From NCBI GenBank assembly GCA_002269645.1, contig NIVC01000583.1, positions 415,196-479,195 of the forward strand: a stretch of DNA of 64,000 nt, written 5' to 3'. The position numbers and the translations under genes are program-made. The notes below the pieces were generated by a model. That model did not search any database and had not been told where the DNA came from. It worked only from the letters and a program-made list of their open reading frames with translations. How positions within the stretch are numbered: position 1 is the stretch's first letter; every line of letters starts with the position of its first letter. The DNA comes from Macrostomum lignano (taxonomy: Eukaryota). Positions 12,715-23,744 of the stretch are shown here, in pieces.

Positions 12715-15700
12715 GGTTAGATTAGAGAGAGATTTTAAGGCTACAGGTTAGATCAGGGTGAGATTTTAAGGCTACAGGTTAGATCAGGGTGAGATTTTAA
12801 GGCTACAGGTTAGATCAGGGTGAGATTTTAAGGCTACAGGTTAGATTAGAGAGAGATTTTAAGGCTACAGGTTAGATCAGGGTGAGATTTTAAGGCTACA
12901 GGTTAGATTAGAGAGAGATTTTAAGGCTACAGGTTAGATCAGGGTGAGATTTTAAGGCTACAGGTTAGATTAGAGAGAGATTTTAAGGCTACAGGTTAGA
13001 TCAGGGTGAGATTTTAAGGCTACAGGTTAGATCAGGGTGAGATTTTAAGGCTACAGGTTAGATCAGGGTGAGATTTTAAGGCTACAGGTTAGATTAGAGA
13101 GAGATTTTAAGGCTACAGGTTAGATCAGGGTGAGATTTTAAGGCTACAGGTTAGATTAGAGAGAGATTTTAAGGCTACAGGTTAGATCAGGGTGAGATTT
13201 TAAGGCTACAGGTTAGATCAGGGTGAGATTTTAAGGCTACAGGTTAGATCAGGGTGAGATTTTAAGGCTACAGGTTAGATTAGAGAGAGATTTTAAGGCT
13301 ACAGGTTAGATCAGGGTGAGATTTTAAGGCTACAGGTTAGATTAGAGAGAGATTTTAAGGCTACAGGTTAGATCAGGGTGAGATTTTAAGGCTACAGGTT
13401 AGATTAGAGAGAGATTTTAAGGCTACAGGTTAGATCAGGGTGAGATTTTAAGGCTACAGGTTAGATCAGGGTGAGATTTTAAGGCTACAGGTTAGATCAG
13501 GGTGAGATTTTAAGGCTACAGGTTAGATTAGAGAGAGATTTTAAGGCTACAGGTTAGATCAGGGTGAGATTTTAAGGCTACAGGTTAGATCAGGGTGAGA
13601 TTTTAAGGCTACAGGTTAGATCAGGGTGAGATTTTAAGGCTACAGGTTAGATCAGGGTGAGATTTTAAGGCTACAGGTTAGATTAGAGAGAGATTTTAAG
13701 GCTACAGGTTAGATCAGGGTGAGATTTTAAGGCTACAGGTTAGATTAGAGAGAGATTTTAAGGCTACAGGTTAGATTAGAGAGAGATTTTAAGGCTACAG
13801 GTTAGATCAGGGTGAGATTTTAAGGCTACAGGTTAGATTAGAGAGAGATTTTAAGGCTACAGGTTAGATCAGGGTGAGATTTTAAGGCTACAGGTTAGAT
13901 TAGAGAGAGATTTTAAGGCTACAGGTTAGATCAGGGTGAGATTTTAAGGCTACAGGTTAGATTAGAGAGAGATTTTAAGGCTACAGGTTAGATCAGGGTG
14001 AGATTTTAAGGCTACAGGTTAGATTAGAGAGAGATTTTAAGGCTACAGGTTAGATCAGGGTGAGATTTTAAGGCTACAGGTTAGATCAGGGTGAGATTTT
14101 AAGGCTACAGGTTAGATCAGGGTGAGATTTTAAGGCTACAGGTTAGATTAGAGAGAGATTTTAAGGCTACGGGTTAGATCAGGGTGAGATTTAAAGGCTA
14201 CAGGTTAGATCAGGGTGAGATTTTAAGGCTACAGGTTAGATCAGGGTGAGATTTTAAGGCTACAGGTTAGATTAGAGAGAGATTTTAAGGCTACAGGTTA
14301 GATCAGGGTGAGATTTAAAGGCTACAGGTTAGATCAGGGTGAGATTTTAAGGCTACAGGTTAGATCAGGGTGAGATTTTAAGGCTACAGGTTAGATCAGG
14401 GTGAGATTTTAAGGCTACAGGTTAGATCAGGGTGAGATTTTAAGGCTACAGGTTAGATCAGGGTGAGATTTAAAGGCTACAGGTTAGATCAGGGTGAGAT
14501 TTTAAGGCTACAGGTTAGAAAGATTGAGATTTTGAGGCTACAGGTTAGATCAGGGTGAGATTTTGATGCTACAGGTTAGGTTAGAGAGAGATTTTAAGGC
14601 TACAGGTTAGATCAGGGTGAGATTTTAAGGCTACAGGTTAGATTAGAGAGAGATTTTAAGGCTACAGGTTAGATCAGGGTGAGATTTTAAGGCTACAGGT
14701 TAGATTAGAGAGAGATTTTAAGGCTACAGGTTAGATCAGGGTGAGATTTTAAGGCTACAGGTTAGATTAGAGAGAGATTTTAAGGCTACAGGTTAGATCA
14801 GGGTGAGATTTTAAGGCTACAGGTTAGATTAGAGAGAGATTTTAAGGCTACAGGTTAGATCAGGGTGAGATTTTAAGGCTACAGGTTAGATTAGAGAGAG
14901 ATTTTAAGGCTACAGGTTAGATCAGGGTGAGATTTTAAGGCTACAGGTTAGATCAGGGTGAGATTTTAAGGCTACAGGTTAGATTAGAGAGAGATTTTAA
15001 GGCTACAGGTTAGATCAGGGTGAGATTTTAAGGCTACAGGTTAGATTAGAGAGAGATTTTAAGGCTACAGGTTAGATTAGAGAGAGATTTTAAGGCTACA
15101 GGTTAGATCAGGGTGAGATTTTAAGGCTACAGGTTAGATTAGAGAGAGATTTTAAGGCTACAGGTTAGATCAGGGTGAGATTTTAAGGCTACAGGTTAGA
15201 TTAGAGAGAGATTTTAAGGCTACAGGTTAGATCAGGGTGAGATTTTAAGGCTACAGGTTAGATTAGAGAGAGATTTTAAGGCTACAGGTTAGATCAGGGT
15301 GAGATTTTAAGGCTACAGGTTAGATTAGAGAGAGATTTTAAGGCTACAGGTTAGATCAGGGTGAGATTTTAAGGCTACAGGTTAGATCAGGGTGAGATTT
15401 TAAGGCTACAGGTTAGATCAGGGTGAGATTTTAAGGCTACAGGTTAGATTAGAGAGAGATTTTAAGGCTACGGGTTAGATCAGGGTGAGATTTAAAGGCT
15501 ACAGGTTAGATCAGGGTGAGATTTTAAGGCTACAGGTTAGATCAGGGTGAGATTTTAAGGCTACAGGTTAGATTAGAGAGAGATTTTAAGGCTACAGGTT
15601 AGATCAGGGTGAGATTTAAAGGCTACAGGTTAGATCAGGGTGAGATTTTAAGGCTACAGGTTAGATCAGGGTGAGATTTTAAGGCTACAGGTTAGATCAG

Positions 15701-16080
15701 GGTGAGATTTTAAGGCTACAGGTTAGATCAGGGTGAGATTTTAAGGCTACAGGTTAGATCAGGGTGAGATTTAAAGGCTACAGGTTAGATCAGGGTGAGA
15801 TTTTAAGGCTACAGGTTAGAAAGATTGAGATTTTGAGGCTACAGGTTAGATCAGGGTGAGATTTTGATGCTACAGGTTAGGTTAGAGAGAGATTTTAAGG
15901 CTACAGGTTAGATCAGGGTGAGATTTTAAGGCTACAGGTTAGATTAGAGAGAGATTTTAAGGCTACAGGTTAGATCAGGGTGAGATTTTGAGGCTACAGG
16001 TTAGGTTAGGGTGAGATTTTAAGGCTACAGGTTAGATCAGGGTGAGATTTTGAGGCTACAGGTTAGGTTAGGGTGAGATT
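12715..16080. repeat. 31-bp minisatellite with two interspersed variants
   Basis: Unit GGCTACAGGTTAG-ATCAGGGTGAG or -ATTAGAGAGAG-ATTTTAA, roughly 105 units. Confidence 0.97.
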
Positions 16081-16196
16081 TTCGGGCAAAAGGTTTGTTG
16101 GGTGAGATATTTCAAGGCTGTTTCTTCAGTTAAGCTCACTGATACAAAGTTTTCTCTCCTTGGGGTGATTTATTAAATTTTATTCAAACCGTTAAG

Positions 16197-16233
16197 TACA
16201 TCAGACGGGGCACTCGCCGTTGTCGTAGTCTCA
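16197..16233 (+). CDS. Possible 37-nt coding exon (YIRRGTRRCRSL) of the ankyrin gene 3' extension
   Basis: AAG acceptor and GTGACT donor. The phase-1 end fits the acceptor at 18154. GC-rich island between two arrays. Confidence 0.3.
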
Positions 16234-16349
16234 GTGACTTGGTGGTCAAATTCTACGTACTGCATGCCTTTCTCCCTCTGTGTAGCCTGTCGCTTCTGCA
16301 TTTGGTGTTCGCTTGCTTATCATTTTTCCTCATATTGTATTAGCATTTT

Positions 16350-17935
16350 ATGGGGAGGCTAGCGACAGCCAGTTGAGGACATTAGGGGAGGGTAGCGACA
16401 GACAGCTGAGGACATTAGGGGAGGGTAGCGACAGCCAGTTGAGGACATTAGGGGAGGGTAGCGACAGACAGCTGAGGACATTAGGGGAGGGTAGCGACAG
16501 CCAGTTGAGGACATTAGGGGAGGGTAGTGACAGACAGCTGAGGACATTAGGGGAGGGTAGCGACAGACGGCTGAGGACATTAGGGGAGGGTAGCGACAGA
16601 CGGCTGAGGACATTGGGGGAGGGTAGCGACAGACAGCTGAAGACATTAGGGGAGGGTAGTGACAGACAGCTGAGGACATTAGATGTTAGTGACAGCCAGT
16701 TGAGGACTTTAGGGGAGGGTAGTGACAAACAGCTGAGGACATTGGGGGAGGGTAGCGACAGACGGCTGAGGACATTAGGGGAGGGTAGCGACAGACAGCT
16801 GAGGACATTAGGGGAGGGTAGCGACAGACAGCTGAGGACATTAGGGGAGGGTAGCGACAGACAGCTGAGGACATTAGGGGAGGGTAGCGACAGACAGCTG
16901 AGGACATTAGGGGAGGGTAGCGACAGCCAGTTGAGGACATTAGGGGAGGGTAGCGACAGCCAGTTGAGGACATTAGGGGAGGGTAGCGACAGACAGCTGA
17001 GGACATTAGGGGAGGGTAGCGACAGCCAGTTGAGGACATTAGGGGAGGGTAGCGACAGACAGCTGAGGACATTAGGGGAGGGTAGCGACAGCCAGTTGAG
17101 GACATTAGGGGAGGGTAGTGACAGACAGCTGAGGACATTAGGGGAGGGTAGCGACAGACGGCTGAGGACATTAGGGGAGGGTAGCGACAGACGGCTGAGG
17201 ACATTAGGGGAGGGTAGCGACAGACGGCTGAGGACATTGGGGGAGGGTAGCGACAGACAGCTGAAGACATTAGGGGAGGGTAGTGACAGACAGCTGAGGA
17301 CATTAGATGTTAGTGACAGCCAGTTGAGGACTTTAGGGGAGGGTAGTGAAAAACAGCTGAGGACATTGGCGGAGGGTAGCGACAGACGGCTGAGGACATT
17401 AGGGGAGGGTAGCGACAGACAGCTGAGGACATTAGGGGAGGGTAGCGACAGACAGCTGAGGACATTAGGGGAGGGTAGCGACAGACAGCTGAGGACAGTA
17501 GGGGAGGGTAGCGACAGACAGCTGAGGACATTAGGGGAAGGTAGCGACAGACAGCTGAGGACATTAGGGGAGGGTAGCGACAGACAGCTGAGGACATTAG
17601 GGGAGGGTAGCGACAGACAGCTGAGGACATCAGGGGAAGGTAGCGACAGACAGCTGAGGACATCAGGGGAAGGTAGCGACAGACAGCTGAGGACATCAGG
17701 GGAAGGTAGCGACAGACAGTTGAGGACATTAGGGGAGGGTAGCGACAGACAGTTGAGGACATTAGGGGAGGGTAGCGACAGACAGCTGAGGACATTAGGG
17801 GAGGGTAGCGACAGACAGCTGAGGACATTAGGGGAGGGTAGCGACAGACAGCTGAGGACATTAGGGGAGGGTAGTGACAGCCAGTTGAGGACAATGGGGG
17901 AGGGTAGTGACAGACGGTTGAGGACATTGGGGGAC
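16350..17935. repeat. 33-bp G-rich minisatellite (GAGGACATTAGGGGAGGGTAGCGACAGACAGCT)
   Basis: Tandem units read directly; source of the spurious 585-aa ORF. Confidence 0.96.
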
Positions 17936-18153
17936 TGTGAGTCATGTTTCCCACTATCATATGGTCAACCCCCTGCTAAAATTTTCCTTAGTAAGAGCTT
18001 ACTAACCTGTACAGTATCGCGCTGTAATAGGTACTTTTACTCTGTGCACGTTGTACTATTTTGTGTTTAAACTTTTATCAAAGCTCATTTTCATTGCGGA
18101 TAGTGTGTGTAACACATTGACTATTTCCTGCTCTGCTTCCCCATCTCTGCCAG

Positions 18154-20912
18154 CAGACAAAAGCACCGCACCGGCCATGGAGAAGCGCGGCTCATTCCTT
18201 GGCGAGCTGCCAAGCAATCGGTCTTATCGAGGCGACGACGGCGGCAGCTTCCACGGCGCTATCGCCGGCGGCGGCGGAGGCGGCGGCGCGGCGGCTCTGA
18301 GCTCCTCCTGGCTGTCTGGCGTCCGTGCCTCCTTCCGCGGCAAGTCAGGCAGCCAGCCGAAGCTCTCGCATCAGACTGGGCGGGTGGCGGTGAGTGACCA
18401 GTGGCTGAAAGTGCGAGTCTGGATGCAGAACTGTAAAACCTCATCTGTCATACGAGATGCGGGGTTGTAAAACTCTCCTGTCGTTCGTATGTGAAATTGT
18501 AAATACCTCTATCTGTCCCAGCTCTACACCTGTAAAAGCCTCTATTAATCCTGTAGAAGTCTCTATCAATCCTGTAGAAGTCTCTATCAGTAATGTAGAA
18601 GTCTCTATCAGTCATGTAGTAGCCTCTATCAATCTTGTAGAAGCTCCATCAGTCCTGTAGTAGTCTTTATCAGTCCTGTAGAAGTCTATCAATCCTGTAG
18701 AAGTCTCTATCAATCCTGTAGAAGTCTCTATCAATCCTGTAGAAGTCTCTATCAATCCTGTAGAAGCCTCCATCAATCCTGTAGAAGCCTCCATCAATCC
18801 TGTAAAAGCCTCCATCAATCCTGTAAAAGCCTCCATCAATCCCGTAGAAGCCCCTATCAATCCTGTAGAAGCCTCTATCCAACGAAGCGCTAACTCGCAC
18901 ATGTGCACAAACAATATTAAGGCTCTACTGTCGGCATTGAACAAGTTCAGCGACTAAAAGCAACTGATTAATTTGATTGGTTGGTTTGGGTTTGAGTCAA
19001 ATGATTAGGCATTAAGTGAGTCATTGTTTGTTGAAATTGGTAAGCATATTTTATGCAGTGCCTAAAGTGCAAACATTGCTACATACGGAGAATAGACGCC
19101 GCAATATGAGCTCTACCTGTCAGTGCTTTGCTTGCATGCCCCTCGTATACCTGGAATCCCTGCTAAACAATATCAGATGAACTGGCTATATGACCCGTCT
19201 AAATACAGTACGCGATGTGCTTTAATTATTTCAGTCAATTCGGATTAAGGGCGACTGAAAACCTTGCGCATCACTCCATGCTGCTGCAATTCACACAGCA
19301 CAGGCAGTAACCATGACAAGCATAAGCGCAATATAGAGTTTCTCAATTAGTTGAGCAGTTTTTTTAGCATTAAAACAAACACTTTGAAATTAATTATAAC
19401 AAATTATTGCTGTGTTCTTTTATTACTCCACTGTTTAAATCGGAGTTTTAAAAAAAGTTTGGCGAGTAATATAATCACTGATTGATGAAAACATGACAAT
19501 GATTGATGAAATCATGACACAAACAATAAATACTGCTTGCTTATATCGCTTGCTCTAATAAGTTTAAGATATTGCAATAATTAATTTAACGCGTGCCAAA
19601 TTTAGTATTTAAGATTAACGCCTTTTGTTCTAATTAATTGTGTATTCAATAATTCCCTTCTACTTTGTGTTTTTATATTGTCAATTATAAATTCATGCTT
19701 AAGTGTCTAATAACTACACCAGGTACTTGGTGTAAAGTGGAGAGAATATAAGGTCACTGCTTAATTAGGTCACTCCGTGAAAATTATGTTAAGCTATGAA
19801 TTGGTTATTTAACGACCTAGGGTCTAACTTATGTACATTAACTCCTACCCTAATCACGAAACACGTGCTTGTCACGGGATTCTCTCCCCATAGCCATGAT
19901 GGCAAACAGATCAGGTGCTTGTCACGTGATTCTCTCTCCGTATAGCCATGATAGGAAACAGATCAGGTGCTTGTCACGTGATTCTCTCCCCATAGCCATG
20001 ATAGGAAACAGATCACGTGCTTGTCACGTGATTCTCTTCCCATAGCCATGATAGGAAGCAGATCACTTGCTTGTCACGTGATACTCTCCCATAGCCATGA
20101 TAGGAAGCAGATCACTTGCTTGTCACGTGATACTCTCCCATAGCCATGATAGGAAGCAGATCACTTGCTTGTCACGTGATACTCTCCCATAGCCATGATA
20201 GGAAGCAGATCACTTGCTTGTCACGTGATACTCTCCCATAGCCATGATAGGAAGCAGATCACTTGCTTGTCACGTGATACTCTCCCATAGCCATGATAGG
20301 AAGCAGATCACTTGCTTGTCACGTGATACTCTCCCATAGCCATGATAGGAAGCAGATCACTTGCTTGTCACGTGATACTCTCCCATAGCCATGATAGGAA
20401 GCAGATCACTTGCTTGTCACGTGATACTCTCCCATAGCCATGATAGGAAGCAGATCACTTGCTTGTCACGTGATACTCTCCCATAGCCATGATAGGAAGC
20501 AGATCACTTGCTTGTCACGTGATACTCTCCCATATAACCATGATAGGAAACAGATCACGTGCTTGTCGCAAACATTTTCTGAAAACTTTTTCTGACCAAA
20601 TTCAGAGATACCGATATGTAGAGTAACGTGCTGTACAGTGCTCAACCTCCCTATCTGGCCCCGCAGTCTTCGCCCGCTGCTGCCACCATCGCTGCGGCGA
20701 CAATCCTTCTGACCAGATCCAAGCGCACTCATTCCACTACTCATCAGCAACAGCCGCCGCCACCGCCACCCGGCCAGCTCGGCGGCAGCATTCTAGACAG
20801 GCTAGCCGGCCCAGATTCCCAACATCATCAGCATCATCATCACAAATTGCCCTGGCGCGCCCATTCCGACGCTAAGAAAAAGCAGAGTAGATTGTCGAAA
20901 AAAACGCTTTAA
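18154..20912 (+). CDS. Two low-complexity coding exons (18154-18389, 20667-20912), probably the 3' part of the ankyrin gene or a separate unknown gene
   Basis: GC-rich open frames: DKSTAPAMEKRGSFLGELP...GRVA with donor GTGAGT at 18390 (phase 0) joins CCGCAG|TCT at 20667 (phase 0) and runs to TAA at 20912. No recognisable domain. Confidence 0.6.
18530..18880. repeat. 21-bp intronic minisatellite (ATCAATCCTGTAGAAGTCTCT)
   Basis: Tandem units read directly. Confidence 0.92.
19860..20570. repeat. 49-bp intronic minisatellite, each unit carrying TCACGTGA
   Basis: Unit CACGTGATACTCTCCCATAGCCATGATAGGAAGCAGATCACTTGCTTGT, about 14 copies. Confidence 0.95.
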
Positions 20913-21394
20913 AGCTCTTGAATTTCGCGCTACGCTCGTATTGTAATAATTATAATAAAAGTTGCTATCATATACTACTTTTCGTTAATTTTAAGCATTA
21001 TAAGTGCGCATGATTGCCTAAATTTGTTGTCAATCATACTCGTGTATTGAATAATTCAATTTGCCAAAACTCTTGAATTCAACTTGCTTCAATAGTTAAA
21101 ATTGACCCAATTGACTGCTTCCTCTTATCGGACGTGAGCGGCGCTACTACTCACAGTACCTCATGTTTTAACAGTTCAATTATAACAAATACATGCTTTG
21201 CGCAGTTTTAAACTCCCATTGACTGATTACTTTTGGATTTTTATTCATTAATTCTCACTATTGCTCTCTGTTGTATTGTGCTTTTTATAAAAAAATAAAT
21301 GTTACTATTGTGGCAGTCAAGATTTTATAACTGCGCAATTATTTTTTAGTTGCTCGTTTTCATTTCAACTTGTAAGGTAATGTTTAATTTCGCA

Positions 21395-21563
21395 GAAAGG
21401 CTGCGGGGCGCCGGCGCAACACATTTGACGACATCGGTCCCACAACCAGCGATGGGGCGATTCTGCCCATTCCGCTGACTCCTGAGCGCAGGCACGCACT
21501 CATACACTCGCTCACACAGGGTGTACAGTGGCCCTGACTTTCTAATCGTCACGCATGTGCACT
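21395..21563 (+). repeat. Dispersed ~170-bp element, copy 1 (inverted relative to 28337-28536)
   Basis: Shared blocks GAAAGGCTGCG, GACGACATC, CTGACTCCTG, CGCTCACACAGGGTGTACAG and CTTTCTAATCGTCA..GTGCACT. Confidence 0.75.
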
Positions 21564-21662
21564 CTACAGTTTCCAGTTTAAGAATAGGTTGGTTATCTGT
21601 AGAGATAAATGCACAGTGGATAAAAGCATGTATTGAATTAATTATTTAATCTGATTCCACAG

Positions 21663-23443
21663 GCAGCGCTGCTGTTCACACTTCAGTAACCATTTCAGCC
21701 ATCGGCTGCAAATCGACTCAAATTTCGCCCGGCGTTGGCGTTTTCGTCGACCTTGACGATGCTGTTGCTACGGCAACAGATGCCCACGGAAGTGATGACG
21801 TAAATGGCGTCGGTAGATGTGCTGTTGGGGACGATTGTAGCATGGGCGCAGTCGGCGATGACGTCATCGGTTCCATCAGTTGTAACGTTATCGATGCGAC
21901 CGGTAGTGACGTCATCGGCCAGAATGATAGTGACGTCATCAATTCCCGCAGTGACGTCATCGGCCAGAGTGATGATGACGTCATCAATTCCCGCAGTGAC
22001 GTCATCGGTCAGAATAATAGTGACGTCATAAATGCCAACAGAAAGCGACCAGGCGGGGGGCATCGCGAACGCCGGCGCCAGATCAAAAAGCGACAGAGAC
22101 AGTTTCGACGCCAAGCCGCCGCTGTGGCCGCGAAAGCGTCGACAGATGGGAAAGGCGGAGTCGATGAGGAGGATGAAGAGAACGCCGAGTCCGCTCTGGC
22201 TCGAGAAGCTGCCGCGGCTGCGGCTGACGCGGCCTGGCGCCAGCGAGAGGCGGAGGCGGCTGCGGCCATCGCCGAACGACGCGCCCAGCTGGAGGCTCAA
22301 CAGCGCCGACAGCGCGACTTGGCGGAGACGAATCGAGCCCGGTACCGCGAGTGGAGAGCGAATCTGGCCAGGAAGCAGGTTGGGGCATTGTCAGCCTATC
22401 GAATGCATATAATGCTTATAGTGTCCCTAATCATTACTAGTGTTGACTAGCAATGAGCGCCCCCTGTTGTGGAGCCAACAAAGAATTGAATTAATTTTTT
22501 TGAATAAACTACATTTAGCTTCTGACCTTTCAGCCTCACTTCAAAGCAATTCCCTCTGTAAGCCTTGACATCTCAGCAATTCCCCCCGTCAGCCTTGACA
22601 TCTCAGCAATTCCCCCCGTCAGCCTTGACATCTCAGCAATTCCCCCGTAAACCTTGACATCTCAGCAAGACATCTCAGCAATTCCCCCGTAAATCTCTTG
22701 ACATCTCAGCAATTCCCCCGATTCCCTTCCGTCAGCCTCATCTCAGCACATCTCAGCAATTCCCCCGTCAGCCTCATCTCAGCAATTCCCCCTCAGCAAT
22801 TCCCCCGTCAGCCTTGACATCTCAGCAATTCCCCCTGTAAGTATTGACATCTCAGCAATTCCCCCGTCAGCCTTGACATCTCAGCAATTCCCCCCGTCAG
22901 CCTTGAATTCGCTCGTACATTCATGTTGGGCCAGTGCGGTCTGTTTAAATTTGCTCAATTGCTTTGCAGACTGACGAGCGCCGTCGTCACGAGGCCGCGT
23001 TAAAAGCCGCCGAGGACGCCCCGGCCTCGCCTATCGTTGCCGCCAACGCCGACGCCAACTTCGGGGACGTCGACAGCAATGTCGAACGGGATCTGCTCGG
23101 CGGCAGCGCCGATCCGAAGGCGCCGTTGTGCGAATTTTTTCAACGCACTGGCGCCTGTCGATTCGGCGCCAGATGCTCGCGCCGACATCCGGTGGCTGAT
23201 CGTCGGGGCGCCGATACGCTGCTGTTTCCGAATTTCTACCGGCCGCTAGAAGACGGCGACTACGAAGAGTTTTTTGTCGACATAGCGGACGAGCTGAGTC
23301 GGCACGGCCGGATTCGCCGGCTGGCCACCTGCGGCAATGCGCTGCCTCACCTTCGGGGCAGCGTCTACTGTCGGTAGGACCCGCTGCTGCTGGCTTGTGG
23401 CCGCCTCATCCGCTCTGGGTTTATGGCGGATTGAGCTTTGTTC

Positions 23444-23524
<81 letters not shown>

Positions 23525-23701
23525 GGCAGGCAGGCAGGCAGGCAGACAGACAGACAGATGGACAGGCAGACAGACAGACAGACAGACGGACAGTGACAGA
23601 CAGACAGATGGACAGGCAGACAGACGGACAGACAGGCAGGCAGACAGGCAGGCAAACAGAGACAGATAGAAAGAGACGCACGAGCAGACAAATAAACAGA
23701 C

Positions 23702-23744
<43 letters not shown>

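Noticed and set aside
15990-16080. TTAGGG-containing units at the end of the 31-bp array
   Set aside because: Isolated hexamers inside a longer unit, not a telomeric tract.
12715-20570. CRISPR-like appearance of 31-49-bp repeat arrays
   Set aside because: Units are head-to-tail with no unique spacers, there are no cas genes, and the context is eukaryotic.
21395-21563. Hammerhead, HDV-like ribozyme or snoRNA identity for the dispersed element
   Set aside because: No CUGANGA/GAAA core, no convincing nested pseudoknot, and no paired C/D or H/ACA boxes conserved in both copies.
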